Assembly (NCBI RefSeq): GCF_902459465.1
Contig: NC_047064.1
Coordinates: forward strand, 21,142,001 to 21,206,000
Reading direction: 5' to 3'
DNA: 64,000 bases
Origin: Asterias rubens
Lineage: Eukaryota
The notes beneath the pieces are model-generated. The model was not told the origin of the DNA and ran no database searches. It was given only the letters and a program-made list of their open reading frames with translations. The position numbers and the translations under genes are program-made. How positions within the stretch are numbered: position 1 is the stretch's first letter; each line of letters starts with the position of its first letter. Of this stretch, positions 23,980 through 37,400 are shown one piece after another.

Positions 23980-26900
23980 TTAAGCATACGGCGACGCCGG
24001 TATCTCCTCAATAGATATACGAGACACGCTATTCCAACCCGTATGGTAATCGTTGGTACCATAACCACTACATGGACCCACGTTCAGCGTCACATCTATC
24101 CAACCAGCACTCAGACCATCGCAATAACCTGTACAGTGGAGAACAAATTTATAATAATTTAAATATTAAAAAATGTTAAAATTGCATCGGGGACAAAGAA
24201 CATTTTATTTGGGTTTGACCCTTACACCGATGAGTGTTAGCACTGTTTACGCGGTACTTTCCCGAGTTCTGAGAACAAAATCATTTTTATATATAATATA
24301 TATATAATATGTATTTATTTTGGTTTAAAGGGAAGGTACACGTTTGGTAATTACTCAAACCAAATATTAACTTAAAAACTGACTTGGTAACGAGCATTGG
24401 AGAGCTGTTGGTAGTACAAAACATTGTGGGAAACGAATCCCTCTGAAGTAACGTAGTTTTGAGAAAGAGGAAATTTCTCACCAAAAATAATAAAAGACTT
24501 CTAGCTAGAAGTCTTTTATTCCTATCTGAAAGCACACAAATTCGCCCAGCAAGGGTGTTTTTGTTGTCATTTTCTCGCAACTTCGATGGCCGATTGAGGC
24601 TTGTTATTTTATGCTTATGATTGGATACACCAAAAGAACACTGGTCTTTGACAATTACCAAACGTGTACAATGCCTTTAACCATTTCTCTGGTGAGTGTT
24701 AGCACTGTATGCCATAGTCAATACTCACAGCGAGTGCTGCGGGAAAAAAAATCACTGGCATATTTATACTCGGGTGGGATTCGAACCCACGACCTTTGCA
24801 ATTCTAGAGCAGTGTCTTAGCAATTAGACCACCGAGATTGCCCGGATGCTATAGCGGACACGGCCTATAGGTCTGTAACCCTCATAGTCCACCTGACTTA
24901 TGGAGAACATTATTTAGGCTGTTTTCGAAAGCGCGGTGCTAGGCTCCAGCTCATTCGGCACCCTCCACCTGTTCGTAGTCGAAGCTTGAGCTTAGCCTGA
25001 GCCTTCGCTCCGTGGTTTCGAAAAGGCCTAAGGTTGTTGAAGACTTTTACCTTGTACGACGCGGTTACGGTGGAGATCAGCCCCCGAGATATCGGCCAGG
25101 TACACGGCGCCGTCAATCGCATTCGGGTCGCTGCATTCGTTGCCGTTGAACTTGAAATACCAACGGCCACAACAACCATGACAGCAACAGATACGAGTAC
25201 AGCCACTAAAAGCTACAAAGAGAGAACTTGTGGCGTAGAGCTTCTGAAACGGGCATGTCTGAGGAAGCATACGGAGTAAAGAAGAAAATCTTCACATTAT
25301 TAACGGGGAATTGGGAATTTTTTGTAAAGCTAAGTGGCAGCAGCCTTACTAGGTAATTATGTACATGCTCAGAATTACACAATGGTACACTTTACATAGT
25401 AAGTCTGCTGCCACCTAGCGTTCAATAGTATCTTATTATGGGACTTGGGCACAACACTCAGAACAAAATGGCGACTTTGATCAAACTGAACCGACATTGG
25501 GAGCAAGAGTACATCAAATTGCGTTGATCGAAGTGTTAGAAAGGATGTTGATTTGTGCATCCTAATTATTGATCCCAGGTATCGGATGCCAAGACCTGTG
25601 TGAAGCACCTAAAACATTCAGTCTTTGCTAGCAACCTTCTAGGAAGAAACTACATCAGTAGTTTGTTGTCATAATTATTCAGAACAAATACTCACGTAAA
25701 TGACCCCGTTATCGGTTGAATCCGAGATGTCCCAAACACACTGTCGCCAGTTCCGGACCGGTGAGACATTGTACCAATCACTGCTGGACGAATCACCTAC
25801 GGAGCCCTTGGAACCTGCCGGACCCACGCCACCTTTCGGACCCACACACTGCCAAATAAACAGAAACATAAGAAGAGTAAGAACAACAAACTAAACATAC
25901 CAGTTTTTGTTCAAACAAAAAAAGTTTCGTGTAGACATATCAAAGTGTATGCAAAAAAAAGAAATTTTGTAAAAGGTGCCTTATTTTTTTGTATTAACAA
26001 AACAGTACAAACTTTGCCAAATCCAATTTTTAAAATGTTTTTGTGCCTTACATTGAAATACATAAATTTTGTAAAACATAGCACAACAATAAAATACATC
26101 CAACATTTTTTTCACAAAAAAAGTGCCTCTCAACCCATAAACATTGAACAATATTCTAGTATCGTACATGTACGAATTACTTGAAAGGCACAACAGCGGT
26201 TTCTGGCACAGACCGTCATTCTACAGTGACTATTTTCTAAGCATATGTTTTGTACCCACTTTTCACATGTATAACCTAGTTCTCGCTTAGATTCTTGTGT
26301 GTTCGGATACTAACAAACCATGTGAGCAGGGCCCAATTTCATAGAGCTGCTAAGCACAAAACTTGCTTCGCATGAAATTTCTTCTTTGACAAAAACAGGA
26401 TTACCAACCAAATTTCCACAGGATTTTCAGGATAAGCATGAAACAGCTCAATACAAGTAACAAGCAGTATGCAACAAATAATGGAAATTTAGTTGATAAT
26501 CCTGTTTTTATCAAGGAATAAATTTCATGCTAAGCAAATTTTCGTGCTTAGCAGCTCTATGAAATTGGGCCCAGGTGTCAAAATGCTCAAAATGTGTATA
26601 TTTAACTTGTTTAAAAAGTGCGTTCAACATTGTGTTAAAACTCTAAACGCATTATTCACAGTTAAATGGGATGACGCTCATGCCCCAATCCTTTGGAACC
26701 GTCTCCCTCATCAAACTCGTTCAGCTGAGTCTGTTGAAGTTTTCAAAAACATCTCAAAACTTTCTTGTTCAATGATTGATTGATTGACGAACTGTCTTCG
26801 CACTGTTAGTGCCATTGTTCATTTGCCTATTGTATAGTTTCTTATAAAGCGCTGTGATACCCTATGAAGAGCGTTCCATAATTTGTTTTTATATTAAGTG

Positions 26901-27377
26901 AGGGTAAACTCCGGCACTGCTTTAGTAAAACAAATTGTATTAGTAAAAAAAACTTGATTACATAATTATACACCATCAAAATTGTATATAAATAAGGAAA
27001 GACATGGTATCCTGCTCAAAAAGCAATTCTTTACAGAGTTGTAAATTTAAAGACACAAAAAAAGTAATCAAATGGAAGCAGTACATCATGCCTATTATTA
27101 TTATTGTTTATTTTTATAACATTTTATTTAAATTCTCGGGACAATACAATTAAAACAAGCATAGGTCATCTAGGGAAAAAGTCACATTTATACACTATGC
27201 ATTACACACTCTAAAATTACAACTTAAGCCTATTCCTAATTGCTTTAAACTCTTACTATGTAACTTCTTAATTTATTAACAACCTCTGATTAGTGTCAAT
27301 CAAAGCTAATTGCTTACCTCTAACTTAGCATTCGGTATCCACGCAAGCAAGAGAACAACCAGTAAAGAGACCGCCAT
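23980..27377 (-). CDS. CTHRC1: CTHRC1-like secreted short-collagen protein, divergent paralog C (189 aa)
   Basis: Exons (minus) 27377-27318, 25848-25696, 25258-25051, 24128-23980; GT-AG, same phases as A/B, 570 nt. Signal peptide MAVSLLVVLLLAWIPNAKLE; (GXY)6; NWRQCVW..TCPFQK..CCCHGCCGRWYFKFNGNECSDP..GYCDGL..TGWNSVSRISIEEIP. Confidence 0.88.
24160..24850 (-). mobile_element. tRNA-derived SINE sequence (head 24768-24840) with a T2-MITE at 24325-24680
   Basis: Minus strand reads ctcggtggtctaattgctaagac..gtgggttcgaatcccacccgag (A box, B box, perfect T arm). Head and body are shared with ~30280-30515. Confidence 0.7.
26330..26571. mobile_element. PIF/Harbinger-type MITE, CAG TSD
   Basis: CAG|ggcccaatttcatagagctgctaagcac ... 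gtgcttagcagctctatgaaattgggcc|CAG. Confidence 0.85.
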
Positions 27378-28011
27378 CTTGGATCTAGAGTCAACGTAGT
27401 CAGCAGCCATAAATCTCCTCGGTTGGCGAGAATATACTTCCCGTGCAGTAAACCAGACAGCAAGAAGCTGACAATACACTGTGGGGGATTAAGATCTATT
27501 TGGAAGGAGTTTAGGGTCTTGTAAGGTGGACACTGCGTTAGTTAAATGAATAATTAATAATGAAGTCTGATCGATCGATCGGAAATCGATATAAGTTGCC
27601 GATGAAGGACTCCTATCGCTCTTTTGGATCTTAACACATCTTACAATCAAACGTTGACAACTGCGTTACATATGGATTGCACATCTGTATGTATTCTGTG
27701 TGGTTTGTAATTGTTATTACAGTGGATACTTTTTTCAAAAAGCCGCTTTGTATTTTCAAATCTGTCATACAAAAAGTAGCCTTGTTCACTGAATTTTTGC
27801 TTTTCCTGTTCTGTCAGTTGCTGTCTTTGAAGTTCCGTGTCCTTCGATTTTCCTTAGAGGGCGAAAGGAAATTAAGATCACATCGAAGCAACATTTCGTC
27901 TGAGATAATATAAAACATTTAATTCGATGCACATGGAGACTCCTATACAAAGCAATGAGTAGTTTGATAACAAAAACTGTCCTGATAATATAAGGCGTGT
28001 TCCTAAATTCA

Positions 28012-28403
28012 TTAAAGGCAGTGGACACTATTGGTAATAACTCAAAATAATTATTAGCATAAAACCTTTCTTGGTGATGAGTAATGGGGAGAGGTTGATG
28101 GTATAAAACATTGTGAGAAACGGCTCCCTCTGAAGTGCCATAGTTTTCGAGAAAGAAGTAATTTTCCACGAATTTGATTTTGAGACCACAGATTTAGAAC
28201 TTGAGGTCTCGAAATCAACCATCTAAACGAACACAACTTCGTGTGACAAGAGTGTTTTTCTCTTTCATTATTATCTTGAAACTTTGATGACCGATTGAGC
28301 TCAAATTTTCACAGGTTTGTTGTTTTATGCATAAAAAATATGTTGAGATACACCAACTGTGAAGGCTAGTCTTTGACAATTACATAGTGTCCACCGCCTT
28401 TAA
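28012..28403 (+). mobile_element. T2/Kolobok-type MITE, full copy
   Basis: TTAA-flanked TIRs and family body. Confidence 0.85.
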
Positions 28404-30279
28404 TGGTGTGTTGACTAGCCAACACATGACCAAAATACACATAAAACGATATGAATCTATACGTTAGATCTAACTATTGCAATCATGAAGGACGCAGAAA
28501 CCAAAGTATGGGTCGACAACAGCGCCCTCTCCTGTTATAATGTTACAATCATCTTCGCGTGGCCTTGATGATACACTCTCTTTGATTTTGAGTATACTCT
28601 TCAAAAGGGGAAAGAGATAAGGAAAACCTATAAAACAGGAAACTGGAGAACTTTGTCCTAAAAAGAATCAAAGGAAATAATTACACACTATTTATGATTA
28701 TAATTATATACACACTAATATAACAGAACATAAAATGTATAAGGCGTTACTCCATCAAGATCATATCGCACTAGAAAGAACAATATCCTATAAATAATTT
28801 AAGGAAATAATTACACACTATTTTTTATAAACATATCCTGACGCAATCATGACAGCAGATGACATGGGTTTGATCAAACTGATCAATGAAAACTTGTTTA
28901 TATTGCTCTTGTTTTGTAAAAGTGACAAACAATTTTGACAATTCCATCCCTGCTATTAGTAATAGGTACCGCAGTCCTATAGGTTGCGATTATTCCCTAC
29001 CGATATATTTTTTCCCTCGAAGTTAAGGTTCTTCTCAACATACGCGTTTTACTTCAAAGCCTTCCACCTGAATTATCAGCTTTGCATATTCATAACACCA
29101 GCTGTTATAAGTCCCATCACCTCATCCCCTTCTTCCCTTAAAATAAAACCTTTTTTATTTAGCCTTCGAGAAAGACTCTGCTAGGGTCGAAACGTCAGGC
29201 CATTAACTATTTTTGGTATTTATCCACCATAGATCATTTTGGCTGATAAGAAGATTGGAACAGCTAATTCTTTTTTTACTCCCTAAAGTAAACACGATTT
29301 GGGTGACTAGAAAATCTTACTGTAAAATGAGACGTCCGTTATCGACAGTTAGCGTGAGATGATCTTCGTAGTAGGCCCTACACTTTGGTTGTTTTGTTCA
29401 TCCAGGCGCTAAATTCACACGCGGTGTATAGCGAGCGTTTCTATAGGAGCCCCAGTCTCATCAACGGCACAGTCAGCGGATGCGGTTGCCATGAGCAACG
29501 ACCCGCACCTAAAGGTCGGCCTTGTTTGGGAGCAAGATTCATGGCTGTGATGTGAGTTGATGGGGAAATTGCATTTGGAAGCATTTCTCTCTGTGTTAGG
29601 CGCTGTGGTGAACGTGACTAGAACTGACTACTAGCACCAGGCGCGGGCAGACATTGCGTACCGTTGGGTGAAGCGTAGCAACGGTATGATAAGCCATGCC
29701 GCTGACGCCAATTTGTAGCGAGTGTCCCGTACTCATTATGCCGGCCCAAGGTTGGTTCGAGAATCCGCAACGGAATTAGTTGGCGGTGGCTAATTGCTCG
29801 GGAATCTTTCTATCGGAGTAGGTTGTAGTTCAGTGTGATGCAATCTTTTTGCGTCCATTTCTACAACACATAATTTGCCCTATTTACTGTCACGATTAGA
29901 ACAAAAATGATCAACAATGAATCCAAAAATAGATGGTATTTTTTGGAGTAAGTTTTGTCATAACTGTTGCTAGCTCTCGACTAGTCTCCATTGTCAGCAT
30001 CTACAGTTGCATACAACAGGTGGGTCCATTATTTCATTATTTACTTATCATTTTGTATTTCATTTCATAAAGGGAATTTGTGTTGATACGCACTTGTGCG
30101 GTGGTGCTTATTTTCTTGCTCTTTTCTATGTCACAAAAGAAAGACCGTGAGTTTGGTTTTTTTTAACAAGGGCACAAGCTGGTCCCTCTTCTATAACTCC
30201 AGCTCATTTTATTGGTAGGCTACAATTGTGCATAATTTCAGTAAATTTATAAGTTGAAGTATACGGATATGATTATGAT

Positions 30280-30515
30280 TTTGCGTCGAGGACAGGGACA
30301 AAGAATATTAATTTCAGTTTTACCCATATAAACCGATATGTGTCTAGCACTGTATACTCAGTACTTTTCCGAGCCCTGTGGACAAAATTTGTGTTGTTAA
30401 AAGTAATGTTCAAAACAAGTCGATCCTCAAATCACATGTCCATGAATATGTCATATTACCCGGGTGGGATTCGAACCCAAAACCTTTGCAAATCTAGAGC
30501 AGTGTCTTACCAACT
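30280..30515 (-). mobile_element. tRNA-derived SINE, 5'-truncated copy
   Basis: cgggtgggattcgaaccc..ctagagcagtgtcttac matches 24770-24820. Confidence 0.65.
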
Positions 30516-30656
30516 GCATAATGATACACTTCTTTATTATTACGCGTTTTTTTTCGCCTAAAGGTTTTTTTTCTGACGGTGGTTCATTCGTCTCTGTGAT
30601 ACGGCGGTGTTCTTTTTAGAACAATAATCTTTCGCTTCGTTAATCTGTCACGATGT

Positions 30657-30986
30657 ACAAAGGCAGTGGACGCTAGATGATAATTATTAGCATAAAATCT
30701 TACTTGGTAACAAGCAATGGAGAGCTGTTGATAGTATAAAACATTGTGAGAAACGGCTCTCCCTGAAGTGATGTAGTTTTCGAGAAAGAGGTAGGTCTCG
30801 AAATCAAGCATTTGAAAGCACACAACTTCGCGTGACCAGGGTGTTTTTTCTTTCATTAATACCTCGCAACTTCGATGACCAATTGAGCTCAAACTTTCAA
30901 GGGTTTGTTATGTTATGCAGATGTTGAGATACACCAAGTGAGAAGACTGGTCTTTGATAATAACCAATAGTATCCAGTGTCTTTAA
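30657..30986 (+). mobile_element. T2-type MITE
   Basis: aggcagtggac start, family body, ccagtgtctttaa end. Confidence 0.75.
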
Positions 30987-33900
30987 AAAGGTACTTGGGT
31001 CGGCGTGCAGCGGTAAATGGACGTGATGGGGTTGAATCAGAGAAACGGAGCAATTAGTGAGCAGATTTAGTCGTCAGTCATGGAACGAATTGCTTTATTC
31101 AATACAGTTACTTGTGTTAAAAAAAACCTGGAGGGCTAGTTTCATAGATACATTTAGGTTTTGGAACTGTTCGTTTGTTTTGGAACTTGATGTGCCTAAG
31201 CAGGTACATGAAAATGTGCCCTCTTTCTGTTATCAACATTTGCTTGGGGGGTATCATTGAGTGTATGAGAGGACCCTGATATTCTCTGAAAAATTCATCA
31301 AGTTTTTATCACATTTAAAGACTTTTCTCTTTTTATACAAAATGGGAGTAAAGAGTTATATTAAAAGAGGATTTTGCAAAGAAATTACAAGTAAATGAAG
31401 CATTGTGCAAAGTCAACAGTAATAATGTTCCACTTTATCATAACGAACCATCAGAGCGAGTCAATAATATCCAAAAGTACACTGAAGCATTGAACAACAA
31501 ACATTGTCGACTCGACCGAGTAAAGCATAATTAATTGAGTTATGTTTACATTTGTTCTAATTATATGTTCGACTGCAAACAAACCACCATCTTGAAAGGT
31601 GTCATAGATTGGTAACTATACTCAAACAATAATTACCATAAACTCGTACTTGGTGAAAAACAAAGCAGCTGTTGCTTGTAAAGTATTTTGAGAAAGGATT
31701 CCCTTCGCCTATGCATAAACATTTGCTTTGACAAAATCCATGTCCTTTATGAGATTGCTTTTATTTTTACCGCAATTTTTTTTGTTTTGTTTCGGTTTTT
31801 GTTTTGTTTTGCTCTGCTTTGTTTTGAGCTGTTTACTATTAATATTAATTGTTTGTTTTGTGTGAGAACGTGCAAATGAAAGAAATGTGTATTTAATACG
31901 GACATTCCAACAACAACAACAACAAGGACCAAAGAAACAACTGAAATCACGAGTAGTTTGTAAGAAGGCACCTCCAAAACAAACCATCGAAATTGTTTCT
32001 TCAGGATCGTGAAATGTTTTGCCTAGAGTCATGTAGTTTTTAGATCATTTGCGTTGAAAGGACAGTCAGTTGATTAGTTCAACTAAAAAAATGTGAAAGC
32101 TTTCAAAAATGCAGTTTATTATTAGTCAAGGTCTGTTTTTCTTCTTCAGTACATTCTATGTCAAAGTACGCAATGCCATAGTGTGCCTCTTACATACTAT
32201 ATATATTTACTAATTGTTCAACTTGCCTGTTTCATTGAATAACTTGTTGACATACAAATGATGTACATCGGAACAAATTTCTTTACAGTGAAGTCCATTA
32301 TTTGTCTCTCCTCAATCACAGCCTAAGTAAAGAACAAAGGTGTCTTTGTTCCACAGGCTTATTAATCTACACGGAGTAATTATATAACGTTGAAACAAAT
32401 AATATAGGAGACTTTTGAGACGCTAGATCGCAGCATGACTTACCAGGTAAAGCCACTGAATAGACAATTTTACCTGGTAAGTCTGCTGCCACCTAGCGTT
32501 CCAATAATTGTATCTTACAGTTAAGCTACAGAGCTTCCTCTATACAAAAGAACGGAGAGGGATGGGTTAAGTCAATTAAACGTAAGACAATGTGAGACTT
32601 TTGAACACTGGGTGGCTAAACTTCACGTAGTTCTGAGCATGCGCGCATCACCCAAAACAATAGCTTTGCCTGGTTGAAGTCTGCTGCCACCTAGAGTCCC
32701 ACAAAGTGTCCCATCAATTTGTCACCGTTTTAACATCAGAGACAACGATGTCAAAACACGTTCATTTTTGGAAGCCGAAAGTTTCCCGCCTTTTTTGTTA
32801 CATGTAAAAGTTATATTATACTCTAATTATCACACTGAGTGACAGATTTGAGTTTTCACGAAGAGACAATTTGTAATCATCTCACGAAGTGCCACACTTT
32901 CGTTTGCACATTGGTTTAATCACGAGCCGTCCTTAACCAGACCTCATTCAGATCTTATTGTTCACCAAGGGATAAACTTACAAATTCAAAACAGGGACTC
33001 GAAACCGAGTCCAAACCGCTAAAATAGTCAGATCATTTCCTTTGGTATGTTCTGTATGCGTTGAGTAAAAAATGAATTCGTGGTGCAAGACAAAGAAAGA
33101 AGCACAAAGCATGCACTTAAATCGCCATTATGTCGATGCACTTCGGATCCTAATTGTTTGAGTGAAGTCTCTTAAGTGCAAATTTCAAAACGCTTTTAGC
33201 TCTGGGAGAAGATTCATTTCATTTAAAAGCTCATGCTTTTAAAATGTTTTTCTTAACCATGATATTTCGAAAAAAAATGTCTTCAAATGGTGTCCATAGG
33301 GCCTGTACTTACGACGGAACCTGTCGTGAAAGTCTTTCTGTTATGGCCCTACAGAATTGCTAAGAGTTCAAAAAAAATTCATCATTTTAAAATGTTATCC
33401 TGAAAACTTACTGATTAATGTGAACTTCATACTAAAACCATGTTTTTTCTGTGAAATATTCCCCCCTGAAATGAAGTCATATTCGACAAAACACAAGTTT
33501 TTGTTTTTTAACCAATAGCTGATTTGGCTGTTTGAATGAGAATCTTAATTATTTACAGTTTTTACCCGCAATCTGTATACATAGTCTCTTTTGTCAAATA
33601 TTCATGAATAATTGTAACAAAAAATTAGAAAATTTGGTTTAGTAATTTATTTTTTAATTTATTTGTATACGGCTGGAAGTAAGACTATCTCCGAAGGTCA
33701 CGTGGGGTATCCGAACCAAATAAAGTGGTTCGGATAACCCACGTGACCTTCGTCTTTTGAAAAATGCGTTAAAACGGCCAAATTTGATGGTTTCTTTTAG
33801 CAACTTTCTTCTCCATTCCTGGAAGACCTTTAAAATCATGTTTTAGTGTATTTTGTAGCCAAAACAGCCCAACGAAGCCGGTGTGTCCCTTTGAACGAAA

Positions 33901-34069
33901 ATTGTGCATGGTTTTCACACAAAACCGATTTAGGTTTAAACACATCATGTACAATGTTTGGTCACACAGCACAACAACACTGCCTGCCACTGTCTATCAA
34001 ATCTGTCAATCATGTAGCATTATTACCTAAATACTGGGGGAAAACCCTTTTAATGGCACTATACACTCA

Positions 34070-34420
34070 TTTTCAATTGCTCAAAATAATTGATAGCATA
34101 AAAACTTATTTGGTAAAGAGCAATGGGTAGTTGTTGGTAGTATAAAACATTGCGATAAACGGCTCCCTCATGGAGTAACTTCGTTTTTCGAGAAAGAAAT
34201 TATTTCTCACTGAAATATTTGAAACTGATTTCGAGAGCTCAGTTTTGATTTTGAGGTCTCGAATTCAAGCATCTAAAAGCACACAACTTCGTGTGGCAAG
34301 GGTGTTTTTTCTTCCATTATTATCTCGCAACAGGTTTGTTATTTTATGCGTGTGTTGAGATACACCAAGTGGGAAGACAATCTAATCGTCTCTGACAATT
34401 ACCAAAGGTGTACACGAATT
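34070..34420 (+). mobile_element. T2-type MITE, degenerate
   Basis: Family body (cggctccctc, gaggtctcgaa, gcacacaacttcgtgt). Confidence 0.65.
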
Positions 34421-37400
34421 TAAGCCTACCTACATTTTTCCTCACAAAATCAAAAGTAAGGGAGCCGGTTTTTAAAGGATTTGGAAAGAGTAGACAAGTT
34501 ATCAAATTTTCTAAAAATCCAATATCTATCAATAAAAACGCAACGTATACACAATGTACATCTTTCAGGTGAACAGACACTATTGTTTGGAGTAGACGAA
34601 GTTGAAGTTGTGAAGGAGGTCGGTTAACTTTAAGGTTGTTTTTTTTTTACCAGGACATTGGACACTTTTCCCAGTGGATGACTTAAATTATAAAACAGAC
34701 AAATTGCTTTCCAAATTGTGCATTACACAATGGCTGCTGCACTCCCTGAAGGAAAGTGCCAGTAAAAATGAAAATGAAAAAAAAACCCATAAAGTTTCAC
34801 CCATCATGAAAAATTCACCAGAGCTGAAAAAATATTCTCGCAATTATTCTTAAAGATGCCTCCGAGAGGCAAAGAGTTGTGTTTGCTCTGGGCGTCCAGC
34901 GTCCCACATCGCTACAATAAGGGCCAAGGGAGACATGTAAATTATCGATGAAGGACACGAGGGAAAAAAATCTCAAATTGGTGTCACGATTGAGGTGGTT
35001 CAAAAACCCGCAGGCGACTGATTTAGGAAGAAGCGAGTTTATGATTAGGCTGAATATTGTGATCCACTGGTTCGTGTAGTAACACAGGTTTATTACTCGT
35101 GGAATAAATTCCGATGTGGAATATAGGTGATGACAGCATAGACTTGATGAATATCTCGAGCCTTAGTAAAGTCAAATGCAGACCTATTTAAATTGGAAAT
35201 GCAAACCGTCCTAGTTCTGCACTTGTTCGCATGTTGACACACTAACAATGTCTAGTTAAGGGCACGTTGCGCCATCACCACCGTTTGGAAATTCAAACGC
35301 GGGTCATCACACCATTCTGTACGCAACGCAAACTGACTGTTCCAGAGCAACATTTCAAATCAATTCAAATACGCATTTATTTCCATACTTCCATGAAAAA
35401 ATATTATCAATTACATGTACTACGGAGTAAAGCCAAATGTCACAGTAAACATTAATGTTATAAATAGAGTATGGGCCGTTTTGATAAGCAGAAGTAAGAT
35501 TTGAAACTTTGCATGGTGGAAATACGATATGTAAAGGTTTGCAGTAACACCATGTAATGACTATCTGTAATGAGTTGGGGTGGTTCTGAAAAGAACCTTA
35601 GAGATAGTCATTACATGGTGTTACCGCAAACTATTCGATATGATAAGCAGAAGCTTGTAAAAAACACAGACAGACAGACAGACAAAGACAAAAAGCAAAC
35701 ACACAGTCATGCAGACAAGGACAGACGAACATAAAACATGACACAACGAGTTGGTGCATGACGTCATTAGATTTAAACAACTTGGTCTGTACATTCCAAG
35801 GAAAAATACTTTTAGTCAAAATGTCAAATAACAAAAGGTTTCTTAGAATGACGTCATCGATTATTATTTTATTTATTTTTTTACAAATTTGCGCCAGAAG
35901 GTAATGGCAATTTTAAATTTAGCCCCATTTTAACGTTAGATTAGGACTCTATATAGTTGGAAAATGAGTAGATCCATCACAAAATTGAAGTTGACTTTAC
36001 CCTTGCTCAAAGAGCAAAACCGCATCTACAGTTAAGTGCGATTTCTCGTTAAACTCTCGTGCCCCCGAGAGTACAGGCGTGCGTATTGCACGCCCTCACA
36101 GAGCGATATCGTGATTGTCATATCGACATTCGACACGCTTCTTTACTTTGTCGAATCGAATTCATTGGGTGAAAAATGTTAAAGGGCACCCGTGCACTAT
36201 TGCCTGGATTACATTTGAGATTATTATATAAAAAAAACTAGCCTATATTATTCATTGGTTGTTATTAACAATACATCCTTGAGGTTTTTCCTGCCTGACA
36301 ATGACTCCCTTTGGATTAACAATCAAAAATAATGACAATAGCGGTATATAGTTTGATCAACTGCGTGGTAAGGCTATCATTATTTATTTATAAAGCAAGT
36401 GGTTTCCATAGCGGCTGTTTCTGAACACAAAAAGGGGAGATACGCAAATGGTTGACTTTACGTATAGAGACATTGCGTGCTTGCATCAAAACAGTCAACA
36501 AGTTTTCTTTAATCTCCATGGAAACTGTCGTGCTTCGATGCCAATTTTCATCCTTTAGGGTAAGTTTATCGATCAGAATGCTTGAAATCGTGTTCCAAAC
36601 AGGAGCAAATAATAAAACCTGACGTGCGTGGATGACCGTAACATCTCAAATTATAACTGTCAATTTATTTGCATTATATATATACTGACGCAAACCAAAA
36701 TGGCAGCAGGGTGAAATTATGCTCAAAGGAAAGCGTGTGATAACCATTCCTAAAATTAATGCCAATAATAAAATAAAAAACTGCTTTGGTTATTAGGAGT
36801 ATGCCCACAGTAGCTTTCGGTAGTGGAAAACATTTTGGGGGAACAAATCACTTCGAGTAATGTGGTTAGTGGGAAAGGTAAAGTATCTCCACAAATTTTA
36901 ATTAGAGAAACGCAGTGTCAGAAGTTTAATACATCTTTTTTTAAATAGCATCAGTCTATTAAGACAAAATCATCAACTATCATCCCTTGTCACTTTCTAT
37001 CCGCAAACATGTTTGTTATGTCGCAACCTTCACTTTGTAACGGCAACCTCATCCCTTCCTGTTATTGTGGAGTTTCAGTAAAGTTGTGGGGTTTCAGGTT
37101 TCCTAAAAGGTATCCAATCTGTAAGAGTGTGTTGTTGCATAAGCCAGCGTAAGCCTTCGAATTGTACAGTCTACATCATTCGGTATTCGATGGCTATTTC
37201 CTTGGACTGCTGAAGGGGATTGCTTTTTCACTGGTGACAGCGTATGCTCTACTCGTCAGTGTTATATTATGCTCTGTTATACTAGGCACCAGTGATTTTA
37301 GCCCTATTTGACCCATTGCACGCGCGTCACACGTGGCGACTGATGCCACGCTCACGAGTTTGGTGGTCAATACCATAGATATAGAATATAGAATATAAAT

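Noticed and set aside
24768-24840. Functional tRNA gene
   Set aside because: The acceptor and anticodon arms are imperfect, and the head is attached to a body shared with the copy at ~30280-30515, as expected for a SINE.
31688-32032. Lys/Gln/Asn-rich 107-aa ORF
   Set aside because: Low-complexity (aaac/tttg) sequence.
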